Numbered from the stretch's first letter, positions 9,797 through 17,572 are shown. The stretch is DNA of 32,000 nt from Methanopyrus kandleri AV19 (GCF_000007185.1 NC_003551.1:1500001-1532000), one strand, 5' to 3'. Notes: generated by a model from the letters alone, not told the origin. Made by a program: numbers and translations.

Positions 9797-10498
9797 ATGT
9801 CACCACGACTCGTTGTACCCGCCGCCGTGGTCGTCGTCGCGATCGGTCTCCTGGCTTATTGGTACCTTTACCCCTCCGAGGGGGCTTCGGAGGTGCCTAT
9901 CAAGGCCAAGATCGAGCTCCCCAAGCCCCTGGAGCTGAAAATGTCGGTGTCCGAGGCGTTGAAGAAGCGCCGATCGATCCGCGAGTACCGGGACGAATCC
10001 ATAACCCTCCGAGAGCTCGCCACGGTGCTATGGGCCGCGCAGGGGATCACGGATCCGCGCGGTTTCCGCACGGCGCCCAGCGCGGGCGCGCTGTACCCGC
10101 TGAGAGTCTTCGTCGTGGTCCGCAAGGTCGAAGGGTTGGCCCCTGGCATCTACGTGTACGATCCCAAGACCCACACGCTCGGTCTCGTCAGGCGGGGTAA
10201 TTTCACGACGGAACTGCAGCGGGCCTGTCTCGATCAGGAGTGGGTGGGCCACGCCGCCGTTGACCTCGTCATCGTCGGGTACGAGCGGGTGTTGCAACCC
10301 AGATATGGCGAACGTTCCTTCCGGTACATGGCGCTCGAGGCCGGGCACGTCGGTCAGAACATCTACCTGGCGTGCACCGCACTGGGACTGGGGACGGTCG
10401 CGGTGGGCGCGTTCTACGACGACCGAGTGAAGGAGATCCTCGGGATAACCGAGGGGGACGCCGTACCGCTGTACGTGTTCCCGATAGGACGGAGGTGA
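9797..10498 (+). CDS. Membrane-anchored nitroreductase-family protein (SagB-type dehydrogenase domain)
   Basis: Has an N-terminal hydrophobic helix, LVVPAAVVVVAIGLLAYWYL. The nitroreductase features are RRSIREY, APSAGALYP and EAGHVGQNIYLACTALGLGTVAVGAF.D. It starts 4 nt after the cofD stop. Confidence 0.8.
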   Translation: MSPRLVVPAAVVVVAIGLLAYWYLYPSEGASEVPIKAKIELPKPLELKMSVSEALKKRRSIREYRDESITLRELATVLWAAQGITDPRGFRTAPSAGALYPLRVFVVVRKVEGLAPGIYVYDPKTHTLGLVRRGNFTTELQRACLDQEWVGHAAVDLVIVGYERVLQPRYGERSFRYMALEAGHVGQNIYLACTALGLGTVAVGAFYDDRVKEILGITEGDAVPLYVFPIGRR

Positions 10499-10574
10499 TC
10501 GGGTCAGCACCCTCGGGACATCTCATCCCGATCCCGGTCGAGCTGGGGCTAATCTCCATCATCCCCGAGAGCGG

Positions 10575-11174
10575 GTGGATCCCGTGGGGGTAGCGGTTCG
10601 GGACGTCGTCAGGTACGGGCGACTGAAGCTCCTGGTGTTCGAGAACGTGTACCCGCCTGCCGAGGATTCGTTCCTACTCGCCGAGCACCAAGGGGTATCC
10701 GGCTCCGAGCGGGTCTTGGACGTCGGGACGGGATGCGGCATTCAAGGGTTATCGGCGGCCGCGAAAGGCTGTGAGGTGGTAGCGACGGACGTCAACCCCG
10801 CGGCCGTCCACTGCGCACGGTGGAACGCCCACCTCAACGACCTGAACATCGACGTTCGTGTGGGAGACCTGTTCGAGCCCGTCCGCGATGAGCGGTTCGA
10901 CATCGTCCTGTTCAACCCACCTTACCTACCCGGCCGTGAACTGCCCGGAAGCGATCCCATTTCCCGAGCCACCGAAGACCCCGCCGTCATCCGCCGCTTC
11001 CTAAAAGATCTCCTCCGGGAAGAGATTCGCTGGGACGAGGCTAGGATCGTCGTGTCCAGCCTGACCCCGAAGAAGTACCTGGAACCCCTGCAGCGTTTCG
11101 AGGTGGAAATCGTGGCCGAGGAACCCCTGTTTTTCGAGAAGATCCGCGTGCTCGCGCTTCGACCGTCCCGATGA
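10575..11174 (+). CDS. Class I SAM-dependent methyltransferase, HemK/PrmC/Mtq2-like (N5-glutamine methyltransferase family)
   Basis: SAM-binding motif VLDVGTGCGIQGL and catalytic NPPY motif (VLFNPPYLP). About 200 aa, as in the short archaeal HemK-related methylases. Confidence 0.8.
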   Translation: MDPVGVAVRDVVRYGRLKLLVFENVYPPAEDSFLLAEHQGVSGSERVLDVGTGCGIQGLSAAAKGCEVVATDVNPAAVHCARWNAHLNDLNIDVRVGDLFEPVRDERFDIVLFNPPYLPGRELPGSDPISRATEDPAVIRRFLKDLLREEIRWDEARIVVSSLTPKKYLEPLQRFEVEIVAEEPLFFEKIRVLALRPSR

Positions 11175-11242
11175 AATTTGTGCGAGCGTAGTGAGGAGAG
11201 CGACACGGTAATCTTCCGACAGTCAACACCACCTCCGCGGGG

Positions 11243-11560
11243 GTGAGCCGGTTGTTCGTCGTCGTCTACTCGACGGCCGAGGATGAGGAAGAGGCCAAAC
11301 GGATAGCGCGGAAGCTGGTCGAGGAGGACCTCGCCGCGTGCGTGAACCTCTGGCCGATACGATCCGTGTATGAGTGGGGGGGCGAGCTATGCGAAGACGA
11401 GGAGTATGCCCTCCTCGTCAAGACGACCGCGGAGCGTGCGGAGGAGGTAGTGGAAAGGATCGTAGAGTTACACTCCTACGAAACGCCCGCGGTACTGGTC
11501 TTACCCGTATTGGGTGGATTCGAGGGGTTCTTGGAGTGGATCCGAGAGCAAACCCGCTGA
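11243..11560 (+). CDS. cutA: Divalent-cation tolerance protein CutA
   Basis: 105 aa with the CutA1 pattern VVYSTAEDEEEAKRIARKLVEEDLAACVNL.P.RSVY.W.GE...DEE..L..KT...HSYE.P. Confidence 0.9.
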   Translation: MSRLFVVVYSTAEDEEEAKRIARKLVEEDLAACVNLWPIRSVYEWGGELCEDEEYALLVKTTAERAEEVVERIVELHSYETPAVLVLPVLGGFEGFLEWIREQTR

Positions 11561-11579
11561 CATAACGGCCTCACCACGG

Positions 11580-13055
11580 TCATTCCCCGAGCCGCTCGAG
11601 TACCCACCGCAGCTTCCGTTCGGCCTCCTCGTACGCTCGCCTGACCCGCTCCTTCATTTCTTCGAACTCCTCGGGATGCTCCTCCCCGATGACACGTTTC
11701 ACCTTAGTGTACGCGGTTTCCCGGAACTTCACGTCCAGCTCGACTTCCTCTCCGTCCCGTTCGAGGACGACGCCGGAGCCCTCCTCAACGCGACCAACGA
11801 CGTCCGCCCGCACCCCGACGCCGTTGAGGGCTTCCACGCACCGTTCGGCCACGTCTTCCGGTGCGATCACCATGAGCATGTCCAGGGATAGCCCGAGGTA
11901 ATCGATGTCGAGTTCGTCGAGCATCCGGAGGACGCGATCGTTGACGAGGGAGCGCACGGTTTCCTCGTCGAAAACCAAGCGGACGCCCGCGGTCTCGGAG
12001 ATCTCCGTCGCGTCCCCCCGGATACCCCCGTTCGTGATGTCAGTCATGGCGTGAACCTCGGAGAGCAGGTTCTCCTCCCGGAGCGCCTCAACCGCCCGGA
12101 CGAAGTCCACGTTGAGGGTCTCCTCAACCACGTCGTAGTACCCGTGGTAGATCGCTGTCGTGGAGATCGTACCGCCGCCCGCGCCCTCGGTGAGCACGAT
12201 CAGATCACCCGGCTCGGCATCTCTCCGCGGTGTGAGCTCGTCCGGCCGCGCGGTACCGACGCAGGCTACACCCGCGACCAGGCGTCGCCCTAGCACCATG
12301 TCTCCTCCCACGCGCAGGGTGCTACCCGCGAGTATCGGTACGCCGGTCGCCGCGCCCACCGCGGTCACACCCGCTGTGAAGTCGAAAAGACGACCTACAT
12401 CTCCGTCGTCGGCTAGATGCAGATCGACGAGGAGACCACGAGGACGTGCCCCGTTCACGAGGACGTCCCGCATGGCGGCTCGGGTCGCGTGGAAGCCGGC
12501 GAGAAAGGGGAACTCACTGAGCCTCGAGTGCATACCGTCCACGGCACTCACGAGGATCACCTCGTCCGGGTCTATACGAACGGCACCCGCATCGTCGCGC
12601 TCCTCGGGCGATACTAGCGCGCCTTCCGAGGCCTTAGCGGCGAGCCTAGTAAGCAGCTCGTGGACGAAGAAGTCTCCCTCACCCCGTGATCCCACTCCCA
12701 TTTCGCCCATGCCCACGCCCGATTCGGGCGGGCGAAGGATGTCCCCGACTCTCCCTCCGAGGAAGTGAGCCTTCCGGACGTGGTGTACTTCCTCCAGAAC
12801 GGCGTCGACGAACTCGCGGATCTCATCTTCCGACCAGTCCCGCTTCCAGATCTTCACCAGATCGGTGAGTAGCTCCCGAATCTCATCCTCGGATGCGCCA
12901 GCCTCCAGCATGTGCAAGGATAATCCCTCTAGGTCCATGGGAGTACCCCCCGTAGGGCGCCGAGCGCCCTGAAGCTTATAGACCCGATTCTCAGCGCCCG
13001 TTCGACCGTCGTGAGTGGAACACGACGTTACGCACGAGATGTCAACGTCGTCCAC
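11580..13055 (-). CDS. PurM/AIR-synthase superfamily ATP-binding protein (selenophosphate-synthetase-related / HypE-ThiL-like), with N- and C-terminal helical extensions
   Basis: PurM-fold signatures are DDAGAVRI...VDGMHS, LADDGD and MTDITNGGIRGD. It has no Sec/Cys SelD motif. The start is ambiguous. GTG at 13055 has AGGAG 7 nt upstream. ATG at 12938 (MDLEGLSLHML) has GGGGGGT upstream and a TATA-like cttataga at 12975-12982. Confidence 0.75.
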   Translation of the reverse strand: MDDVDISCVTSCSTHDGRTGAENRVYKLQGARRPTGGTPMDLEGLSLHMLEAGASEDEIRELLTDLVKIWKRDWSEDEIREFVDAVLEEVHHVRKAHFLGGRVGDILRPPESGVGMGEMGVGSRGEGDFFVHELLTRLAAKASEGALVSPEERDDAGAVRIDPDEVILVSAVDGMHSRLSEFPFLAGFHATRAAMRDVLVNGARPRGLLVDLHLADDGDVGRLFDFTAGVTAVGAATGVPILAGSTLRVGGDMVLGRRLVAGVACVGTARPDELTPRRDAEPGDLIVLTEGAGGGTISTTAIYHGYYDVVEETLNVDFVRAVEALREENLLSEVHAMTDITNGGIRGDATEISETAGVRLVFDEETVRSLVNDRVLRMLDELDIDYLGLSLDMLMVIAPEDVAERCVEALNGVGVRADVVGRVEEGSGVVLERDGEEVELDVKFRETAYTKVKRVIGEEHPEEFEEMKERVRRAYEEAERKLRWVLERLGE

Positions 13056-13345
13056 GTATAGACTCCTGAGTCTTGTGCATTGTACTTTCCAGGTCCCAAG
13101 TTATTTTCCTGTTGCCAATTAGTAGTAACGTTATGTTTTCAGTTAGTAAGTTATAAGTATGCCGTATGAAGCCTCTTGAGCTGCAGAAAGTAATGGGGAA
13201 AATCAACAAATGTGTGCCAATATAATCATCAGAATACAAACTTAAAGATCTCAATTTGTAGTGTTAGCTAAATATGTTACAAACTCAATATCTCGTCTAC
13301 TTCTTGTGATTCATGCGGTAGACACTACAGGCTCAGGACAGCGCC
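13056..13345. other. AT-rich island (about 27-40% GC per 60-nt line, hand-counted) in a ~60% GC context; non-coding
   Basis: My hand counts per 60 nt were 37% (13081-13140), 40% (13141-13200), 27% (13201-13260) and 35% (13261-13320). It contains only a low-complexity 70-aa antisense ORF. It lies between divergently oriented genes. GTTAT-containing short repeats occur at about 13100-13165. Confidence 0.8.
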
Positions 13346-13502
13346 AAATTTAATACCAAGTACCGGCAACATGTTTCCCGCACCGGGGGTATCGGTACGG
13401 GGTAGGGATAGCACTCCTAGCTTAAAGGATAGTGTACCCCCTATCCCAGTCCGTCGAGATGGCCGGTTCGAGAAGAATTCCACGACGTCACCCGGGGTGA
13501 GG

Positions 13503-13742
13503 ATGAAGGTGAGCGGGGCTGAACTCATCCGAGAGCTAATCATGGAACTACGGGCCCTCAGGCACGAAATCCACATGCTGAGGGTGGAACTGGAGAAGTT
13601 ACGTAGCGAGGTAAACGAGGTGGAACCCGACGATGACTTCTCGGAGCTCCTCCCACAGTCTGAACACGTCCCGGAGGTTGTGATCGAAGACAGCGGTTTA
13701 GGACCCGACTCCGTGGCCGGGGAAAGATGGCGGCTGTTGTAA
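13503..13742 (+). CDS. Small hypothetical coiled-coil protein (79 aa) with acidic C-terminal tail
   Basis: The ATG at 13503 is directly preceded by GGGGTGAGG. A heptad-like segment, ELIRELIMELRALRHEIHMLRVELEKLRSEV, is followed by an acidic tail. The track ORF from 13371 adds a non-protein-like leader. No family recognised. Confidence 0.5.
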   Translation: MKVSGAELIRELIMELRALRHEIHMLRVELEKLRSEVNEVEPDDDFSELLPQSEHVPEVVIEDSGLGPDSVAGERWRLL

Positions 13743-13858
13743 CGGTGGTCCGTTGCGCACTCCCTAGGTAGACGTCATCCTGACCACATACCTCAAACGT
13801 TGTACAACCCGATACCACACGTTACCGTTCGACCCCGTACGGAAGGCCCTGACGGACG

Positions 13859-14482
13859 TCACTGGTCCTGCCACCTGAGCCCCTCCAGTTCGTTTATCAC
13901 GCGTTCCAACGACCACTTCCGTGCATCCTCGGACAGTTCGGCGGCCTTCCTTAGGGTGGGACCCAAGAGCTCCGCCGCGATCATTCGGAGTGCCTTAGTC
14001 ACTCGGGGTTTACCGGTGGAGATAGCCAGTACAGCGTCCCCACTCCGGAGTACGGAGGGGAACCGCACTTTCGGTCTCGGAGTGTCGACGCGGTTAACGA
14101 GCGACAACGCCCTTTCCAATCGGGCGTTCAAGTCCGGGTCGTCCGTCGCCACCACGTAAAGGTCCGCCTCGGGTAGATCTTCAGGCCCTTTCACCTTCCG
14201 ACGCACGAACCTCACGGGTAGATCACGGATCCACTCAGACTCCTCCGGCGCAACGACGATCACGTCGACCCCGAGATCGACCAGGGTGCGCGCCTTCCGT
14301 TCGGCGACACGTCCACCACCCACGATCACCGCCCGCTCAACCCGGACGAACAACGGTACATACGGCAAGCTCCGACCCCGATCGACCCTCTCATCGTCCG
14401 CACTTGAAACCGCTCGACTTCGGGCTCGGCGTGTCGACCGTATATTCTCCCAAGATTCCGAAGTGGACGGGACGACGCTCAC
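13859..14482 (-). CDS. sirC: Precorrin-2 dehydrogenase / sirohydrochlorin ferrochelatase-type protein (siroheme synthase N-terminal domain, SirC/Met8-like)
   Basis: NAD-binding segment RAVIVGGGRVAERKARTLVDLGVDVIVVAPE plus a CysG-N-like remainder. The GTG at 14482 overlaps the upstream TGA. An alternative TTG at 14368 (MPYVPLFVRV...) gives a more typical 170-aa protein. Confidence 0.8.
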   Translation of the reverse strand: MSVVPSTSESWENIRSTRRARSRAVSSADDERVDRGRSLPYVPLFVRVERAVIVGGGRVAERKARTLVDLGVDVIVVAPEESEWIRDLPVRFVRRKVKGPEDLPEADLYVVATDDPDLNARLERALSLVNRVDTPRPKVRFPSVLRSGDAVLAISTGKPRVTKALRMIAAELLGPTLRKAAELSEDARKWSLERVINELEGLRWQDQ

Positions 14483-15249
14483 GCGTTCGGGAACTTCCTG
14501 TCCCAGTTAGGTTCTTCCAGCAGTCGCTGGCCGTAGACCTCGCGTCGATGCTCGGGCGACATTCTGAGCAAATTGCGTAGAAGTTCGGGGGCGTCCTTGG
14601 TCTTCACACGGAGCTCTGGGTTAAGCCGGGGCGTTCCTACTACCCCGTGGACGTCCACGGGGATGAGACCCAGGTATTCGCCGGAAACCAGGTCGAAGGA
14701 AGCGGCGATACCTATCCGGGCGTCCCCGCGGAGTATGGTCCGCTGCATCGCCTCGAACCCGCACACGTACCGTTCCACACTCGGCTCGACGATCTCGAAC
14801 CCCGCCTTTTTCAGGATCTCTTTGAGCTCCGTGTCGTATTTCCGGGCCGCCTTGCACTTCCGGTTCGGCATCACGACGGCGTTCGAGTGTGGTTCTCGGA
14901 TCGGCTCGGGTTCCTCGGGCTCCACCTCCTCCACGTCGGGAAACAGCTCGAAGACGCGGTCGATCCCATCTTCCGGTCCACCGACCACTAGGACGTCGTC
15001 TCCCGGCCGTGCATCGACTATCTGTGCGACCCATGGTGTTATGCATGTGGAGGAGAGGCAGCCCTCGGGCGTCACGGTTCCGGTGATGGCGTTGCCGTCG
15101 ACGCTGACGCGGAACCCGACGAGCCGTTTGAGCTCGAAATGCAGGTGCATAGGAGCGTGGCCGGTCCTGAAGACGTAGATGCGGTCGGGATCACCCATGA
15201 ACAGCCACCTGGGGTCTAGGATGTCGGTGGCGTCCACGTACACCGTCAA
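14479..15249 (-). CDS. Conserved-looking hypothetical protein (256 aa)
   Basis: A clean ORF with protein-like composition, flanked by a 3-nt gap and a 4-nt overlap with neighbouring genes. I could assign no motif. Confidence 0.6.
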   Translation of the reverse strand: MTVYVDATDILDPRWLFMGDPDRIYVFRTGHAPMHLHFELKRLVGFRVSVDGNAITGTVTPEGCLSSTCITPWVAQIVDARPGDDVLVVGGPEDGIDRVFELFPDVEEVEPEEPEPIREPHSNAVVMPNRKCKAARKYDTELKEILKKAGFEIVEPSVERYVCGFEAMQRTILRGDARIGIAASFDLVSGEYLGLIPVDVHGVVGTPRLNPELRVKTKDAPELLRNLLRMSPEHRREVYGQRLLEEPNWDRKFPNA

Positions 15250-15252
15250 CGA

Positions 15253-16335
15253 TCACTCTCCCCGGTCGGTCAGGTACACCGCGGGCCCGTACGCCGGCAT
15301 CATCCGATCGGGGAAGCGTTCCGGATCGCGACCTAACTGAAACTCGGGCTTCTTCGGTCCTAAGGAGACGATGTCCTCCAGCTCGTCCCAATCCATCGGT
15401 GAGACGTTGTGGCAACCGTGACCGCCGTCCCGGTAGACGTCCTCGTTCTCGAGTTTACCTTCCACGAACTCGCGGATCTGCCTCTCGAACTTCTCCGACG
15501 ATAACCGGATCGTGTGGTGCTCGTAGACACCGACGATCCTGTCACCGTCGAAGAGGAACGCCGTTACGTGCCCCGTCCCGTAGTCGATCACCAGGAGTCT
15601 GTCCGCGTCCGAGTCGACACGCCCGAGCATGGCGATCGGGACCTTCGAGTCCATCGCAACGGCGTCGACGCCCGCCGATTCCGCTTCCATGTAGGCCGCG
15701 CGTAGTCTTGGGAAGCTCTCGGGCGGGACGTCGTCGAACGTCATCCGATCGGGCCTGCAGCCGTTCGCCCCGAGATACCGGCGGAACAGTCGCTCGAACC
15801 TGTGCTTCCGGTTAGACTCGTAGTCCGGGTGGTAACCGTGGTCCTGGACGCAAGCCACGACCGTCTCTACGCCGTCCATGTCGACGTTCGAACGCTGTAG
15901 CGCCTCGAACACGTCCGAAACGCGGAAGTCGTACGTTTCGACCACGGGGGAATCCGGTGGAACCTCCTCGATGGGGTCCTCGACGATATGGAGACGGGGC
16001 ATTTCCTCCAACCTGCGCACGTCGTTATGAAGCGTCAGCGCCGCATCGAGCTCCGCGTAGATCTCGGTGCCTTTTTTCATGAGTCTCTTGAACTCTCGAG
16101 TGGTGGGTCCCCCACCCATGGGGACGCCGATCAGCGCCAAGTATCTCGGCGGTTCTCGCAGCATGAAGCGCAACCTCTGAGCTAGCGTCGATACGCGCGA
16201 GGGTCCCACGAACCGCGGTGAGTACTCGGGATCCCCGGTGTAGGCCACCACGTCGGTCGTTCCTACTCCCACGTCGATGACGACAGTCTTCACCTCACCC
16301 CGGAACGACACGGGTTCCAACGAACTCCTCCCCAC
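15253..16335 (-). CDS. ASKHA-fold (actin/sugar-kinase/Hsp70-like) ATPase family protein, function unknown
   Basis: Two phosphate-binding-like motifs, VVIDVGVGTTDVVAY near the N-terminus and LLVIDYGTGHVTAFLF in the second half. The start is uncertain among in-frame GTG 16335, TTG 16320, GTG 16311 and GTG 16293. The family could be DUF1786-like, hydantoinase-like or methanogenesis marker 12-like; I cannot decide by eye. Confidence 0.6.
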   Translation of the reverse strand: MGRSSLEPVSFRGEVKTVVIDVGVGTTDVVAYTGDPEYSPRFVGPSRVSTLAQRLRFMLREPPRYLALIGVPMGGGPTTREFKRLMKKGTEIYAELDAALTLHNDVRRLEEMPRLHIVEDPIEEVPPDSPVVETYDFRVSDVFEALQRSNVDMDGVETVVACVQDHGYHPDYESNRKHRFERLFRRYLGANGCRPDRMTFDDVPPESFPRLRAAYMEAESAGVDAVAMDSKVPIAMLGRVDSDADRLLVIDYGTGHVTAFLFDGDRIVGVYEHHTIRLSSEKFERQIREFVEGKLENEDVYRDGGHGCHNVSPMDWDELEDIVSLGPKKPEFQLGRDPERFPDRMMPAYGPAVYLTDRGE

Positions 16336-16912
16336 GCATGGCTCTCAAGAGGTTGTCCGGGTTTCCTGCGTAAACAACGCGGAGCTCGAGATCGTACTCC
16401 TCCGCGAGCCGGGGAGCTACGGGGTCCAAGGCGGTCCAGTTCCCCTCCAGCTCCCGGGCATCGATTTCGCGGATCAGAGAACTGGGATCGTCCGGATCCT
16501 CCAGGATACCGGGCACATCCTTGGCGAACACGACCAGGTTCGCGTTCGCCTCGGCTGCGACGTACACCGAGATAGCGTCGGAGGTGATCTCCCACGAATG
16601 TGGTAAAGGGTCCTTCATCCTGAGGTAACGGTACGGCAGTAACACCAGTTTGCCGCCGAACTCGGGCTCCTCCGTGGTCGGCAGGTCGAGTAGGTCCGAG
16701 AGCAGGTACCCGGTCTGGTCCATCGCGGCTATCGCCATCCAGTGGGCCGCGTCGTCGGACAGGTCCCCGTCCTCGTAGACCTCCCGCACGATGTTCGCGA
16801 ACCTCCATCCTCCCGGTACTACTAGGAGCTCGCCTTCGAACGCGGTGATAGCGTTCTTCACGGCGTCGACTTCCTTCACTGCCCCGGTTCCCGCTTTGAG
16901 GACTACCTTCAC
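16295..16912 (-). CDS. Small amino-acid-kinase-fold protein (archaeal kinase related to aspartokinase/uridylate kinase, COG2054-like)
   Basis: 205 aa with N-terminal VVLKAGTG, then LLVVPGGWRFANIVRE, AHWMAIAAMDQTGYLL and ITSDAISVYVAAEANANLVVFAKDVPGI. These match the truncated AAK family found in methanogens and in H4MPT-using methylotrophs. The match is from recollection. Confidence 0.7.
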   Translation of the reverse strand: MKVVLKAGTGAVKEVDAVKNAITAFEGELLVVPGGWRFANIVREVYEDGDLSDDAAHWMAIAAMDQTGYLLSDLLDLPTTEEPEFGGKLVLLPYRYLRMKDPLPHSWEITSDAISVYVAAEANANLVVFAKDVPGILEDPDDPSSLIREIDARELEGNWTALDPVAPRLAEEYDLELRVVYAGNPDNLLRAMRGEEFVGTRVVPG

Positions 16913-17145
16913 GATTTCAGCAACCCTTCCAGCTTGTCCCTCAGGATACGCACGTCGGTGCGTTCGGTCTCGGTTTCCGCCTTCCGCTCGGCTCTCTCGA
17001 GGAACCTAAGGATGCATTCTGGGTCTTCACAGCGGTCGTACGCTTCCTCGAGTAGTCTGCGCGCTTTTTTGGCGTTCTCGATGTAAGGCCGCGCTTCCAC
17101 GTAGACCTCTATCAGTAGGTCCTTCAGTTCCTTCGAGGACGACAT
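16909..17145 (-). CDS. Small helical hypothetical protein (78 aa)
   Basis: The ATG is preceded by GGTGGTGAGGG. The sequence is charged and helical throughout (KELKDLLIEVYVEARPYIENAKKARRLLEEAYDRCEDPECILRFLERAERKAE). Its stop overlaps the start of the downstream kinase-fold gene by 4 nt. Confidence 0.55.
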   Translation of the reverse strand: MSSSKELKDLLIEVYVEARPYIENAKKARRLLEEAYDRCEDPECILRFLERAERKAETETERTDVRILRDKLEGLLKS

Positions 17146-17572
17146 CCCTCACCACCCGCACGACCGCGTCGGCGACGCTCTTAGCCTCCGGGGACATCGG
17201 ACCGAATCCCGACTTCACGGGGACGAAGCCTATCAGCAGACGGACGTCCATCAGCTCGTCGGGAGGTGGCCCGTGGGAACCCCTGTCCGGACCGAGCCTC
17301 GGCTCCTTTACCACCACCAGTGTACCGGGCTCGCGATCGACACGCACCGTGTCGACTAGGACGACGGGCTCGTTCGGTAGTCGAAGGCGCTCGAGCCACA
17401 CGCCGGCGGCCACGGCTTTGAACTTGTGGGTCTTGAGGGGAGAAAGGCGTCGTGCGACCCAGTGTCCGAACCCGTCATCCGCGGCCAACGGGTTGCCGAG
17501 TCCGACTAGAACGAAGCCTTCTCCCAGCAGTTCTCGGAGGTAGTCTCGGAGGGGATCCAAGGGTCCGATCAT
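17027..17572 (-). CDS. Hydrogenase maturation endopeptidase (HycI/HybD/FrhD family)
   Basis: Carries VLVGLGNPLAADDGFGHWVARRL, typical of the Ni-Fe hydrogenase C-terminal proteases. The ATG at 17572 overlaps the mfnA TGA (ATGA). The last ~45 codons are non-protein-like and run 119 nt into the next gene. Confidence 0.8.
   Translation of the reverse strand: MIGPLDPLRDYLRELLGEGFVLVGLGNPLAADDGFGHWVARRLSPLKTHKFKAVAAGVWLERLRLPNEPVVLVDTVRVDREPGTLVVVKEPRLGPDRGSHGPPPDELMDVRLLIGFVPVKSGFGPMSPEAKSVADAVVRVVRDVVLEGTEGPTDRGLRGSAALHRERQKSAQTTRGSVRPL

Noticed and set aside
11580-13055. The PurM-like protein as selenophosphate synthetase (SelD) with a possible Sec codon.
   Set aside because: No in-frame TGA and no N-terminal Cys/Sec-Lys motif. 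It has extra N- and C-terminal helical regions, which are atypical for SelD. Only superfamily membership is supportable.
13042-13254. The 70-aa minus-strand ORF and a 19-codon plus-strand micro-ORF (ATG 13166) inside the AT-rich island.
   Set aside because: The amino-acid composition simply reflects AT-rich DNA (I/L/F/N/K/Y-rich). There is no SD and no similarity to anything I recognise. I treat it as non-coding.
13061-13339. Imperfect inverted repeats flanking the AT-rich island, considered as MITE or IS terminal repeats.
   Set aside because: Only a 6-bp core (CCTGAG/CTCAGG) plus a few flanking matches are present. There is no target-site duplication or transposase. It is too weak to call a mobile element, so I mention it only as context for the island.
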